DNA of 64,000 nucleotides from Minisyncoccota bacterium. Lineage in GTDB: Bacteria; Patescibacteriota; Minisyncoccia; Phycocordibacterales; Phycocordibacteraceae. The translations under genes were made by a program, and so were the position numbers. The notes under the pieces were generated by a model. It ran no database searches. It saw only the letters and a program-made list of their open reading frames with translations, and had not been told where the DNA came from. The stretch spans positions 24,265-88,264 of the forward strand of contig DASPLI010000001.1 of the NCBI GenBank assembly GCA_035627655.1, in the 5' to 3' direction. This document shows positions 45,858 to 54,979 of this stretch, piece by piece (positions within the stretch are counted from its first letter, which is position 1; the number at the start of each line of letters is the position of its first letter).

Positions 45858-46841
45858 CTAGGCCTTGGAAGCGTTGCGAAGCGCCTGACTCAGGCTGTCG
45901 GAGAAGCTCTTGAGGAGTTCAGGATCAGAAACAGATAGTGGCACAACCTCCTTCCCCGCCACCGTTGAAAGGGTCTCTAAGGCGCGTTTTTTCTCTTCTT
46001 CAGATAAAAGATCGGCCTTTGAAAGAACCACGATCTCCGGCTTTTCTGAGAGACCTTGTCCAAACGCGGCCAACTCTTCTCGTATCCCACGATAAGCTGC
46101 AGCAAGGTCTTCTTGTTCTGCCGAGACGAGATGTACAAGTAGTCCGGTGCGTTCTATGTGTCGCAAAAACTTCGAACCAAGCCCTCGTCCTGCCGAGGCA
46201 CCCTCGATAAGCCCAGGAATATCAGCAAGAAGGTATCCGTAGAAATCTCCCAGGTGCGGATCAAGGGTTGTAAAGGGGTAGGCACCAACTTTCGAGCGGG
46301 CACGCGTCAGCGCGTTCAAAAGGGACGATTTGCCGGCATTAGGATACCCAATGAGACCCGCGTCAGCGATCAGTTTTAGGACAATTTCGATATCCCCAAC
46401 CTCCCCCGGCTTTCCTGGTGTGGACTGGAATGGATTCTGATTTGTAGAGCTTTTAAAGTGGGCGTTTCCGTAACCACCAGGACCACCCTTAAAGATCACT
46501 ATCCGCTGACCTTCCTCCAGGACTTCGAAGGTTTCGCCGGTGGTGACAATGCGCGCAACCGTTCCTACGGGTACGCGAATGACGATAGGGGGCGCATCTT
46601 TACCGTGCTTGTTGTTTCCACCGCCCGGCTTACCATTCTCTGCGCGGAACTTTTTCTCGTATCGATATGTGGCAAGTGCAGCCAAGTCGCGAACCCCTTC
46701 AAGGACAATATCGCCACCACGCCCACCGTCACCACCACAGGGACCACCCTTTGCTGTTTCCTTTACCCGTAGCCAACGAATAACGCCAGGACCCCCATGT
46801 CCCGCCTGCGCATGCACCCGAAGCTCGTCGACAAATGCCAT
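45858..46841 (-). CDS. obgE: GTPase ObgE/CgtA (no C-terminal extension)
   Basis: FVDE, GGDGGRGG, GYPNAGKSS, YPFTTL, DIPGLIEGA, SKAD. Confidence 0.95.
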   Translation of the reverse strand: MAFVDELRVHAQAGHGGPGVIRWLRVKETAKGGPCGGDGGRGGDIVLEGVRDLAALATYRYEKKFRAENGKPGGGNNKHGKDAPPIVIRVPVGTVARIVTTGETFEVLEEGQRIVIFKGGPGGYGNAHFKSSTNQNPFQSTPGKPGEVGDIEIVLKLIADAGLIGYPNAGKSSLLNALTRARSKVGAYPFTTLDPHLGDFYGYLLADIPGLIEGASAGRGLGSKFLRHIERTGLLVHLVSAEQEDLAAAYRGIREELAAFGQGLSEKPEIVVLSKADLLSEEEKKRALETLSTVAGKEVVPLSVSDPELLKSFSDSLSQALRNASKA

Positions 46842-46932
46842 ATCCTCACCCTACCAGAAAACTCTGAGAAAATCCTGAATTCGGTTGTTTTAGCCAAATA
46901 GCTAAAACTTCCGTTTCTACCTAGAGAAATGT

Positions 46933-49446
46933 CTATGTAGAGGAAACGATATCCCAACCTTCCGCGAGAAGTGACTCTGCTTTCTTATATTTCAACGTTT
47001 GAATCTCCTCTCCTTTCTTTATGGTCACCAAATCGTTGCGACCGTATGCCACCTGCTTTACGACAGTTCCAGCCTGTCCTTCAGTTGCAGCAAGTATCTT
47101 TGCTCGAGTCTTAGCTTCTTCAGCTTTGATGCGCGCATCGTCTGCCGGAATTATGCGTGGAAGCGCTCCACGAACAGCAGCTGCAACACCCTCTTCCATT
47201 GCACGGAATTGCGTCAGGCCTTCTCGACGATATTCAATCAACGGATCACGCTGACCGTACGCCCGCAGCGACACAGAGCGGCGAAGATACTCCATCGTCT
47301 CAAGCTGCTCAAGCCAGAACGTGTCCGTAATCTGCAGAAGAAGCCGTCGCAGCACCTTAGGGAAAGCTTCCTTGAATTCCTCTTGCTTACGTACAAATGC
47401 GGCTTCTGCCTCCTGATCGCCGGTAATAAGGTCTTGAATCGTCTGGAGAATCTCCTCATCGGAACCTAAGAGCGCGGTTCTGCGGCGTCCATAGACCGCA
47501 AGGCGCTGCGTATTCAATACGTCGTCATAGGCAAGCACCTGTTTACGCGCGTCAAAGTTGAAGCCCTCAATCCGGCGCTGTGCGGTCTCAAGCGCTTTCG
47601 TGATCATGCCGCTTTGAATAGGCTCATCTTCTGGGATACGGAACGTTCCCATAACGTTCTTGACCATGTCGGAAGCGAACACGCGCATAAGACGGTCCTC
47701 CAGCGATACGTAAAATTGGGTTGCGCCAGGATCTCCCTGTCGGCCTGAGCGACCACGGAGCTGATCGTCAATGCGCCGTGCTTCATGTCGCTCGGTACCA
47801 ATAACAGCAAGTCCTCCGGCAGTCAGTACCTTGTCCCGCTCCTGCGAGTCCACAGGTGCGCCGCCAAGCTTAATGTCGACGCCGCGACCAGCGAGGTTCG
47901 TGGCTACGGTAACTCGACCATACCGGCCGGCCTGAGCGATAATCTCGCCTTCTCGTTCGTGATTCTTGGCGTTGAGAACCTCATGCGGAATACCAGCGTC
48001 TTTGAGCACTTTAGAGACGATTTCGTTGTCTTCAATCGAGACAGTGCCGATCAAGACTGGCTGCCCTTGCTCATGCATGATCTGTACTTGGCGTGCGAGG
48101 GCCTTATACTTTCCGGCAGTTGTCTGGAAGATAAGATCGTTATGGTCTATACGAGCAATCGGCTTGTTGGTCGGTACTACGACCACTTCAAGCTTATAGA
48201 CGGTATAAAACTCCTCCTCGGATGAGAGACCGGTACCGGTCATGCCAGCCAACGCCTCATACATACGGAAATAGTTCTGGAACGTGACGGAGGCATAAGT
48301 CCGGGTTTCCTTGCGTACCGGCACCCCCTCCTTTGCTTCTACAGCCTGGTGGAGTCCCTCAGACCAGCGCCGGCCCGGCTGCAGACGACCCGTAAACTCG
48401 TCTACAATGACGACTTCTCCGTCTTTCACAACGTATTCTTTATCTTTCCGGAAGAGAGCTTTGGCGCGTACTGCCGTTTCAAGATGGTGGGCATATCGCA
48501 TGCCACCCTCGGTATACAAGTTCTCAATACCGAGCGCTCTTTCTGCCTTTTCTATACCCTCAGGAGTGATCTGTACGGCACGCTGTTTCTCGTCAACCGT
48601 GTAATCGGGTCCTTCTTCAAAAGAAGCGACGATCTGGGAAAACCGCTCGTAAAAACCCTCAGCATCCGCCGCTGGTCCGGAAATAATAAGCGGGGTACGC
48701 GCCTCGTCTATCAAAATAGAGTCGACTTCGTCGATGATTGCGTAGTGGTGTCCTCGTTGAACAATTTGTGCAGGGTCGTAAGCGGTATTATCTCGCAAGT
48801 AGTCAAAGCCGAGCTCGTTATTGGTAGCGTACGTAAGATCGGCAGCATATGCTTCCTTTTTTGTCGCTGGGCGCAGATAGTCGTAAAAAATACGGAATGA
48901 CCCTTCAGCATCTCGTTCTACATCTTCTTCGGTCTGCACGTGCGACGCGTCATATATATAAGCGCCAGTTGAGGTAACAACACCGACAGAGAGTCCAAGA
49001 TACGCATAGACCTGTCCCATCCATGATGCGTCACGACGGGCAAGGTAGTCGTTCACCGTCACAATGTGAACCCCCTTTCCGGCAAGAGCACGGAGTGTTG
49101 CGGCAAGAGTCGCAACCAGCGTCTTACCTTCACCCGTTCGCATTTCTGCAATCTTTCCGTGAGCAAGGGCAAGGCCACCGATCAATTGCACGTCATAATG
49201 ACGCTCCCCAAGCGTTCGCCTTGCAGCCTCGCGAGTAAGCGCGAATGCCTCTGCAATATCAGTATCCGAGGGATCAGCAAGAGCGAGGCGTTCTTTAAGC
49301 TTTCCGGTCCGAGCCTGCATCTCCTCCTGAGAAAGGTCCTGGAGCTCAGCCTCCAGGACCCCTGCCCGCTCAATAAGGGGTTGGGCAGCCTTGAGGAAGG
49401 CTGTGGACTGGTTCTTGGAAAAGGCGCGTCCGAGAAAACCTGACAT
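46933..49446 (-). CDS. secA: Protein translocase ATPase SecA
   Basis: MRTGEGKT, TVNDYLA, DEVDSILIDEARTPLIISG, GLHQAVEAKE, QLRGRSGRQGDPG; C-terminal GRND without the Cys zinc finger. Confidence 0.96.
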   Translation of the reverse strand: MSGFLGRAFSKNQSTAFLKAAQPLIERAGVLEAELQDLSQEEMQARTGKLKERLALADPSDTDIAEAFALTREAARRTLGERHYDVQLIGGLALAHGKIAEMRTGEGKTLVATLAATLRALAGKGVHIVTVNDYLARRDASWMGQVYAYLGLSVGVVTSTGAYIYDASHVQTEEDVERDAEGSFRIFYDYLRPATKKEAYAADLTYATNNELGFDYLRDNTAYDPAQIVQRGHHYAIIDEVDSILIDEARTPLIISGPAADAEGFYERFSQIVASFEEGPDYTVDEKQRAVQITPEGIEKAERALGIENLYTEGGMRYAHHLETAVRAKALFRKDKEYVVKDGEVVIVDEFTGRLQPGRRWSEGLHQAVEAKEGVPVRKETRTYASVTFQNYFRMYEALAGMTGTGLSSEEEFYTVYKLEVVVVPTNKPIARIDHNDLIFQTTAGKYKALARQVQIMHEQGQPVLIGTVSIEDNEIVSKVLKDAGIPHEVLNAKNHEREGEIIAQAGRYGRVTVATNLAGRGVDIKLGGAPVDSQERDKVLTAGGLAVIGTERHEARRIDDQLRGRSGRQGDPGATQFYVSLEDRLMRVFASDMVKNVMGTFRIPEDEPIQSGMITKALETAQRRIEGFNFDARKQVLAYDDVLNTQRLAVYGRRRTALLGSDEEILQTIQDLITGDQEAEAAFVRKQEEFKEAFPKVLRRLLLQITDTFWLEQLETMEYLRRSVSLRAYGQRDPLIEYRREGLTQFRAMEEGVAAAVRGALPRIIPADDARIKAEEAKTRAKILAATEGQAGTVVKQVAYGRNDLVTIKKGEEIQTLKYKKAESLLAEGWDIVSST

Positions 49447-49485
49447 AGGCCGCACTATAACACTTTAGGCGTTTTGATGCCTTAA

Positions 49486-49521
49486 AAACAAACAAACCTC
49501 CGAGAGGAGGTTTGTTTGTTT
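49486..49521 (-). terminator. Strong 16-bp-stem terminator after the basic microprotein gene
   Basis: aaacaaacaaacctcc-gaga-ggaggtttgtttgttt. Confidence 0.85.
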
Positions 49522-49527
49522 CGCGCA

Positions 49528-49614
49528 TTACTTGCGCTTTGCAGTCTTGCGGCGCTTCTTTGCTGCCTTCTTGGTGGTCTTCTTTGCAGCCTTGCGTGCC
49601 TTCTTCTTTGCCAT
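49528..49614 (-). CDS. 28-aa Lys/Arg/Ala-rich protamine/histone-H1-like microprotein
   Basis: Not in the ORF track. MAKKKARKAAKKTTKKAAKKRRKTAKRK (13 K, 4 R); all Lys codons are AAG and all Arg codons CGC; own terminator. Confidence 0.75.
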   Translation of the reverse strand: MAKKKARKAAKKTTKKAAKKRRKTAKRK

Positions 49615-49740
49615 GGTGATTAGTACATTACAAGCTTGTATTCGACCCACTTACGCGCGTGAAATAAATTTTCTCGCGTGAAGTGTCCTACAACGTATTA
49701 TTGCGCGCAGAAAAATTTTTTGTGCGAGAAAAGCGCGAGC

Positions 49741-49772
49741 TGTGGATAACTTTGCAAAAATATTTTTGCAAA
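49741..49772. promoter_or_regulatory. Consensus DnaA box adjacent to a perfect 22-bp palindrome
   Basis: TGTGGATAA (49741-49749) followed by TTTGCAAAAATATTTTTGCAAA (49751-49772). Confidence 0.6.
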
Positions 49773-49775
49773 AAA

Positions 49776-51890
49776 TTACTTCAACGAATTTAAAAATTCT
49801 GTTCCGACAGAAATTGTTTCTGGAAACAGCGACATCATGCGCTGAATTTCTGCACGTGCGTTTGCTGTTTGTCCTGCGGCTACGTATGCCTGCGCGAGCG
49901 CGAGCCGCTGTTCCGAACTGCGTGGATAATTTCGCACACGAAGTTCGGCCGACTGAATCCATTTGTCATACGCCTTCACGTCAGCATAGGCAAAGCGCAG
50001 AATGTCATAGTCTAGTGTTGTTGTGCCAAAACGATTCATGAGGAAAGCGTCAGCTGCAGCCATGTTGCCAGTAATAACAGAACCGGCTGCTGCGTACGCA
50101 GCAGGCTCGTCGAAGGACGGATCAAGTGCATACGCCGCCTCAAAATCTTCTCGAGCTCCGGTTCGATCTCCTGCCTGCCAGCGCATAGAACCGCGCTGTA
50201 AAAGAGTTGTTTGTTTCTTCGGTGAAAGCTCATGGGCTGCGGTTGCCTGTGCGACCGCTTCTGCGCTCAAACCACCAGCAAGCAGACCCGCCGCAAATTC
50301 GAGCCGAAGTCGCGGATCGCCTGGCACGCGAGCAACTTCCTTCTGCATTTCATTGAGCGCACTTATGTATACCTGCTCCTTAAGCTCAACGGGCAGCTGC
50401 GGATTACGAATAATGGCAACTGCGGCAAGCAGGTACTGTTCTCGCAGCTCCTGTGTCGCAAATGAGTTGCTCGTTAGCGCTGTACTAAAGCTACTAATAG
50501 CGGTCATGGGATCACGTGTGCTAAGACCCCGAATAAGAGCCTGGCTTGCGACAATGCCGGGAACGTTTACAAACCACAGCACCAGTACCGTCACAATAAG
50601 CGCAACAGGAGCAATAACGACACCGCGCAGTGCGGGCACCTGCTCAAACAGCTTCCAGGGACGAGCGGTTTGCGCATAGATGTACGCGATAACTGCCGCA
50701 AGTAATACGTAGGAAAATAGGTTATCGAACACAAAGAGCGCTTGAAAGCCGTATGCAGCAAGAGCTCCCGTGAGGAAAATACGCTCGGTAATTGAGCCGG
50801 GACCGCGCCAAAGCGCATAAAGCGTTACGCCAAGCAGCGACAAAAAGAGGACGAACGCTGGCAGTCCTCCTGCAGAAAGCCAATCAATGTAGACATTGTG
50901 CGCTCGGTCGAACCACGGCTCCTGCGCATAGAGCGAAGGCTCGTAGTATTTCGCAAACACGAAGTTAAAGCCCTCGTGCCCCCAACCGGTTATGGGACGA
51001 TCAAGGAATCCTTTCCAAGCCATACTCCAGAGCGTCAATCGTGTTTCAGCATCCGCAAATGAGATGGAGGCAATGCGGCCAAAACTTGGATCGTTTCGCA
51101 CCACATCAATGTCCTTGATTGCCCAGAAACCAGCGATAACAAGGACCCCGGCAATCAGTGCGCCAAGCGCAATTCGACGCGCTGCCCTAACACGAAGAGC
51201 ATACAAAAACGCGATTAGGAGCGCTGAGGCCACGAACGCAAGCATGGCACCGCGTGTCGCGGTAGCGAACAGTAAGATTGTTTGCACCCCTACGAGCGCA
51301 AAGAGTCCGTACCGGAGCCATCCTCGCGACTCGATTCCCTGCCAAACCGCAATCGCGATAACGAAGAGAAGATAGGCCGCAAAGTATGCCGCGTTGCCGA
51401 AGCTCGCATCAAGACGGACGCCACCTTGGTGAATCGCGAGGAGTCCCATAAGCTGCAACACGCCATAACCAGCAATGAGAACAGACGCGCCGAGGAACAC
51501 GCGCCACCAAGACTTCCAAAGCTTCTCAACGGTAAGCACAGATCCCATAACCAGAAAGAGTAGGAAAACGTGGATCATGGTGATCCAACCGTCCATGCGC
51601 TCGTAATTGCTCCAGAATGCTTTATGGGCGTTTGGCGCTACCAGATCAGCAAGGAACATCCAAGCAACGAAGAGCGCATAGATAGCGAGTATCCAGGAGA
51701 AGCGTGGACGATATCGCGGATCAAGAGCCGCAAGCACCACCCACGCACCAACAGCAATTTCAACGAGAATACGGAACGCAAACCCCTTACTCGCAATAAA
51801 CGGAAAGAAAAGGTCGCCCGCAACATAGAGCGGCAGGACCGGAATTATGAACAGCGCGCCAAGAACGATCCATCGCGCAGCCGCCTGCAT
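49776..51890 (-). CDS. O-antigen-ligase/Wzy_C-family membrane protein with C-terminal TPR-like repeats
   Basis: About 12 TMs; GNAAYFA, TATRGA, RLTLW, PITGWG, DRAHNVY; helical TPR-like tail. Confidence 0.85.
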   Translation of the reverse strand: MQAAARWIVLGALFIIPVLPLYVAGDLFFPFIASKGFAFRILVEIAVGAWVVLAALDPRYRPRFSWILAIYALFVAWMFLADLVAPNAHKAFWSNYERMDGWITMIHVFLLFLVMGSVLTVEKLWKSWWRVFLGASVLIAGYGVLQLMGLLAIHQGGVRLDASFGNAAYFAAYLLFVIAIAVWQGIESRGWLRYGLFALVGVQTILLFATATRGAMLAFVASALLIAFLYALRVRAARRIALGALIAGVLVIAGFWAIKDIDVVRNDPSFGRIASISFADAETRLTLWSMAWKGFLDRPITGWGHEGFNFVFAKYYEPSLYAQEPWFDRAHNVYIDWLSAGGLPAFVLFLSLLGVTLYALWRGPGSITERIFLTGALAAYGFQALFVFDNLFSYVLLAAVIAYIYAQTARPWKLFEQVPALRGVVIAPVALIVTVLVLWFVNVPGIVASQALIRGLSTRDPMTAISSFSTALTSNSFATQELREQYLLAAVAIIRNPQLPVELKEQVYISALNEMQKEVARVPGDPRLRLEFAAGLLAGGLSAEAVAQATAAHELSPKKQTTLLQRGSMRWQAGDRTGAREDFEAAYALDPSFDEPAAYAAAGSVITGNMAAADAFLMNRFGTTTLDYDILRFAYADVKAYDKWIQSAELRVRNYPRSSEQRLALAQAYVAAGQTANARAEIQRMMSLFPETISVGTEFLNSLK

Positions 51891-51900
51891 AGTGTTGGCA

Positions 51901-52959
51901 CTATAGCACAGCCTGTACGCCTCCCTGTTTTAGTAGTGGTAGCGCTTTATTGAAATAAGCATCAAAGCGGAGGTAGTTTCTGTATACTTCTCGTGCTCGT
52001 TTTTGCATCTCTGCGTACTCTTCGTCAGAAAGTTTATTCCAAATATCCATAATGTAATTCCCTATACAACCAATTTTATGATACGGAACTCGTATAGTGA
52101 AAGTTGAATAGTCAAGATACTGTTCAAACGGCAGGATCATATCTGTGTCAATTAAGACCGGTATCCGTCCAAGAGAAAGGGTCTCGTAAAACCGGGCCGA
52201 GAAATTTCCATCGCCTTTCGGACAAAGAATAAAGTCACTTTCCAGAATATTTTCTATAAACTCGGACCGGAGAGATTGAGGGTCTTCTTTTATGGTAGCG
52301 GTGTTTCCAGAAAACGAAGACCGAATGACGAACAGCTTTTCTATTCTTGTATCGCGCTCTAACAGCTGTATGGCTTTGCGTCGGAAATAGATCCCCCTCT
52401 TATATTGAGTACGACTGCTAAGGTCTAGAAAGAAGTTTTCAAAATAGTACTTAATTCGCGCTCGCAAGTTTGGAAATCCTGCATAACCACAAAAACCAAC
52501 AATTGGTTTCCTACTTCCTTTTACCCGAAGCGAAGATTTTACTCTTTCTCCTAAATCTTCAGTAAAAGATGCAAATAGTATCTCGTTACTTCGTCTTGCA
52601 GAGCGGTACTCTGAAGGTTTGAATACAATATAGGCCGGATGTTGAATATGCACTCGATGACAGAGATCGCCTGTTAAAAATACAATCACCTGCTTATTTA
52701 GAGATTCTGCATGGGAACCAACTTCATCTAAATATACTTTGATATCTGGAGTAATTTTTCTAATCGACTGCGGCACTATAAGAAAATCTGCTTCTTGTGG
52801 TTCTTTTACTTCTTGAGTTGTGGTAATGGCAAAATCATGAGGTGTTTCCTTAAAGAGTACCTTACGTTCTCCTGTAGCGTTCACTTGTAAAGGGTCAAGT
52901 AACCTGATCTTAGATTTTCTTGAGAAAACATGGGTCACATAGAGCCGTACAAGATTCAT
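51901..52959 (-). CDS. Exostosin-like (GT47) glycosyltransferase
   Basis: SDFILCPKGDGNFSARFYETLSLGRIPVLID..LPF. Confidence 0.8.
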   Translation of the reverse strand: MNLVRLYVTHVFSRKSKIRLLDPLQVNATGERKVLFKETPHDFAITTTQEVKEPQEADFLIVPQSIRKITPDIKVYLDEVGSHAESLNKQVIVFLTGDLCHRVHIQHPAYIVFKPSEYRSARRSNEILFASFTEDLGERVKSSLRVKGSRKPIVGFCGYAGFPNLRARIKYYFENFFLDLSSRTQYKRGIYFRRKAIQLLERDTRIEKLFVIRSSFSGNTATIKEDPQSLRSEFIENILESDFILCPKGDGNFSARFYETLSLGRIPVLIDTDMILPFEQYLDYSTFTIRVPYHKIGCIGNYIMDIWNKLSDEEYAEMQKRAREVYRNYLRFDAYFNKALPLLKQGGVQAVL

Positions 52960-52996
52960 TCCGAGAATGATACCAGGTGTTACAATGCTTTCCACA

Positions 52997-53767
52997 ATGA
53001 ATTTAAAGCGGGTTCTGAGGCACTGGCTCTCTATTCCTAAAGCAGACCATCACATGGTGCCTGATATATATGGGCGCTCCGCTAGTAAAATGACTGACAT
53101 AAGGTCCGATACGAATTTTCTCAAATTAGCTGATTCTGCCCGCGCAAACCGAAGAACCCTCTTATACTACGACCGTCTACATACTATTTATCAGTCCCTC
53201 AGGAATCTTGATCGACTTATTCCTAAAAATGAAGTGTTACGCGCAGCGGAAATTGGGGTATACAAAGGCGGAGGTTCTTACTTCATTTCCTCAGTCTTAG
53301 AGAATCTCGGGAGGCAAGCTGAACACTTCGCTGTCGATACTTTCGAAGGACACAGTGTCCAAGATCTTCCCCTCGGTCACGAGGGAGGACATGTGCCAAA
53401 ACAGTTCGACAAAACTGATTTTGAAGACGTGCAAGCGTATCTTGCTCGTTTCCCTACGACTACCGTTATCAAAGGCCGCATACAGGACGCAGCCAAAAAA
53501 CTAGGACCGTCACCATTCCACTTTCTGCACCTTGATATGGATATTTACGAACCAACGCTCTTTGCTCTGAACGAGTACGTAACAAGAATGGGGGTTGGAG
53601 GAGTAGTAGTTATCGATGACTATGGGTTTACAACATGCCCAGGTATTAAGAAGGCGGTAGACGAATATCTGGAAACCACGAGCGGGTTTCTACGTCTGGA
53701 ACTTCTTACGGGTCAATGTATCCTTATAAAACTTAGAGACGAAACACAAAAAGAGGCTAGTGTCTAA
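52997..53767 (+). CDS. TylF/MycF-type sugar O-methyltransferase
   Basis: EIGVYKGG, DTFEG, HLDMDIYEPT, IDDYG, GIKKAVDEY. Confidence 0.8.
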   Translation: MNLKRVLRHWLSIPKADHHMVPDIYGRSASKMTDIRSDTNFLKLADSARANRRTLLYYDRLHTIYQSLRNLDRLIPKNEVLRAAEIGVYKGGGSYFISSVLENLGRQAEHFAVDTFEGHSVQDLPLGHEGGHVPKQFDKTDFEDVQAYLARFPTTTVIKGRIQDAAKKLGPSPFHFLHLDMDIYEPTLFALNEYVTRMGVGGVVVIDDYGFTTCPGIKKAVDEYLETTSGFLRLELLTGQCILIKLRDETQKEASV

Positions 53768-53796
53768 CACCTCTCGATACGGGTCGAGAGGTGTTA
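53765..53796. terminator. Bidirectional hairpin whose arms include both convergent TAA stop codons
   Basis: TAACACCTCTCGA-tacggg-TCGAGAGGTGTTA. Confidence 0.7.
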
Positions 53797-54897
53797 CCGC
53801 TTCCAGGAAAGCGCAGATTCTGGAAGCATCGTATCAGCCGGAATATCGGAATCAGCAATGCGACCAATGATACCTTCAAGGTGAACTGGATTGATACCAC
53901 TTCCCGGGATCTTTGTAACAAGGTCGTCTGCGGTCACCCGCTGGCCCTTTTGAATATCCCGTGCCGCAACAATGCTCTTTGCAAGCTTGTTTCTGACCAC
54001 CAGTTCCCCTTCATGGATGCGCTTTTCGAGAGAACCAAGCAGCTTCTCAACGCGACGAATGCCATCAACCATTTCTTTGAACATAGGCGGATCGATGGAC
54101 ATGTGGTGGTCAGAACCACGCATTGTTCGATCAAGCGTGAAATGGCGTTCAACGGTCGTAGCACCCATGCCAACCGACACAATCGTTGGGAGAATGTCCG
54201 GTTCGTGACCAGAATATCCAACCGGCAGCGGTGCATAGCGCTTCCGAAGAACACTCACCATATTGAGATCAACGTTCTCGTCCGGAGTCGGATATATAGA
54301 CGTGCAGTGATTGACGATAAGACGGTTGTTGTAAGAAAGAATAGTTTCAATCGCGCGATCCATCTCCTCTAAGGAAGACATGCCGGTCGAAAGAAGAATT
54401 GGCTTGTCCTTCTTTGCAACGTGAATAAGAAGCGGCTGGTTCGTAATGTCGAACGAGGAAATCTTGTAGGCATGGACGCCAATGGACTCAAGCTCGTCTG
54501 CACTTGCGATATCGTGCGGAGTTGCAAAGAAGATCATGCCGAGGTTCTCGGTGTAGTCGTTGAGTTTTTTATAGTCCTCAATCGTAAGTTCTTGATTGCG
54601 GCGATGCTCACCATACGTCTTGCCGAAAGAACGCTCGTTCACATACGGCATTTCCTTCATTTCCTTTGAAATGAGCGCTTCCACATCGCGCTTCTGGAAC
54701 TTCACAGCATCTGCACCGGCGTCAGCCGCCGCCTTAATGGTGCGCATCGCAAGGTTAAAGTCGCCGTTATGGTTGTTCCCAATCTCAGCAATGATAAACA
54801 CCGGGTGCCCCTCCCCGACTGGTCGGGTGCCAATCTTCACGCGCTTAGGCAGGAGGCCAAACAAGCGCTTGAGGTTGGTGGAAAGTGGTGCTGCCAT
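53794..54897 (-). CDS. NeuB-family nonulosonic acid synthase with SAF domain
   Basis: IAEIGNNHNG, VKFQ, LSTGMS, HCTSIYP, GYSGH, ERHFTLD, SDH, SAF tail. Confidence 0.92.
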   Translation of the reverse strand: MAAPLSTNLKRLFGLLPKRVKIGTRPVGEGHPVFIIAEIGNNHNGDFNLAMRTIKAAADAGADAVKFQKRDVEALISKEMKEMPYVNERSFGKTYGEHRRNQELTIEDYKKLNDYTENLGMIFFATPHDIASADELESIGVHAYKISSFDITNQPLLIHVAKKDKPILLSTGMSSLEEMDRAIETILSYNNRLIVNHCTSIYPTPDENVDLNMVSVLRKRYAPLPVGYSGHEPDILPTIVSVGMGATTVERHFTLDRTMRGSDHHMSIDPPMFKEMVDGIRRVEKLLGSLEKRIHEGELVVRNKLAKSIVAARDIQKGQRVTADDLVTKIPGSGINPVHLEGIIGRIADSDIPADTMLPESALSWKR

Positions 54898-54944
54898 AAG
54901 TAGCGGTAAGCATACTCCTCTTGGGTCGTTTTTTCAAATACAAA

Positions 54945-54969
54945 AAACGCCCTGCCGTGCAGGGCGTTT
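54945..54969 (-). terminator. Intrinsic terminator after the cupin gene
   Basis: aaacgccctgc-cgt-gcagggcgttt plus T tract on the minus strand. Confidence 0.75.
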
Positions 54970-54979
54970 AGAGTTGTTT

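Noticed and set aside
43075-49930. oriC suggested by AT-rich DNA and DnaA-like boxes (43136, 49741, 49921)
   Set aside because: Boxes are isolated, one lies inside a CDS, no dnaA/dnaN is nearby, and gene orientation does not switch.
49651-50041. ORFs of 103 aa (-) and 99 aa (+) over the ligase 3' end
   Set aside because: They overlap a well-supported gene and regulatory palindromes and have no recognisable motifs.
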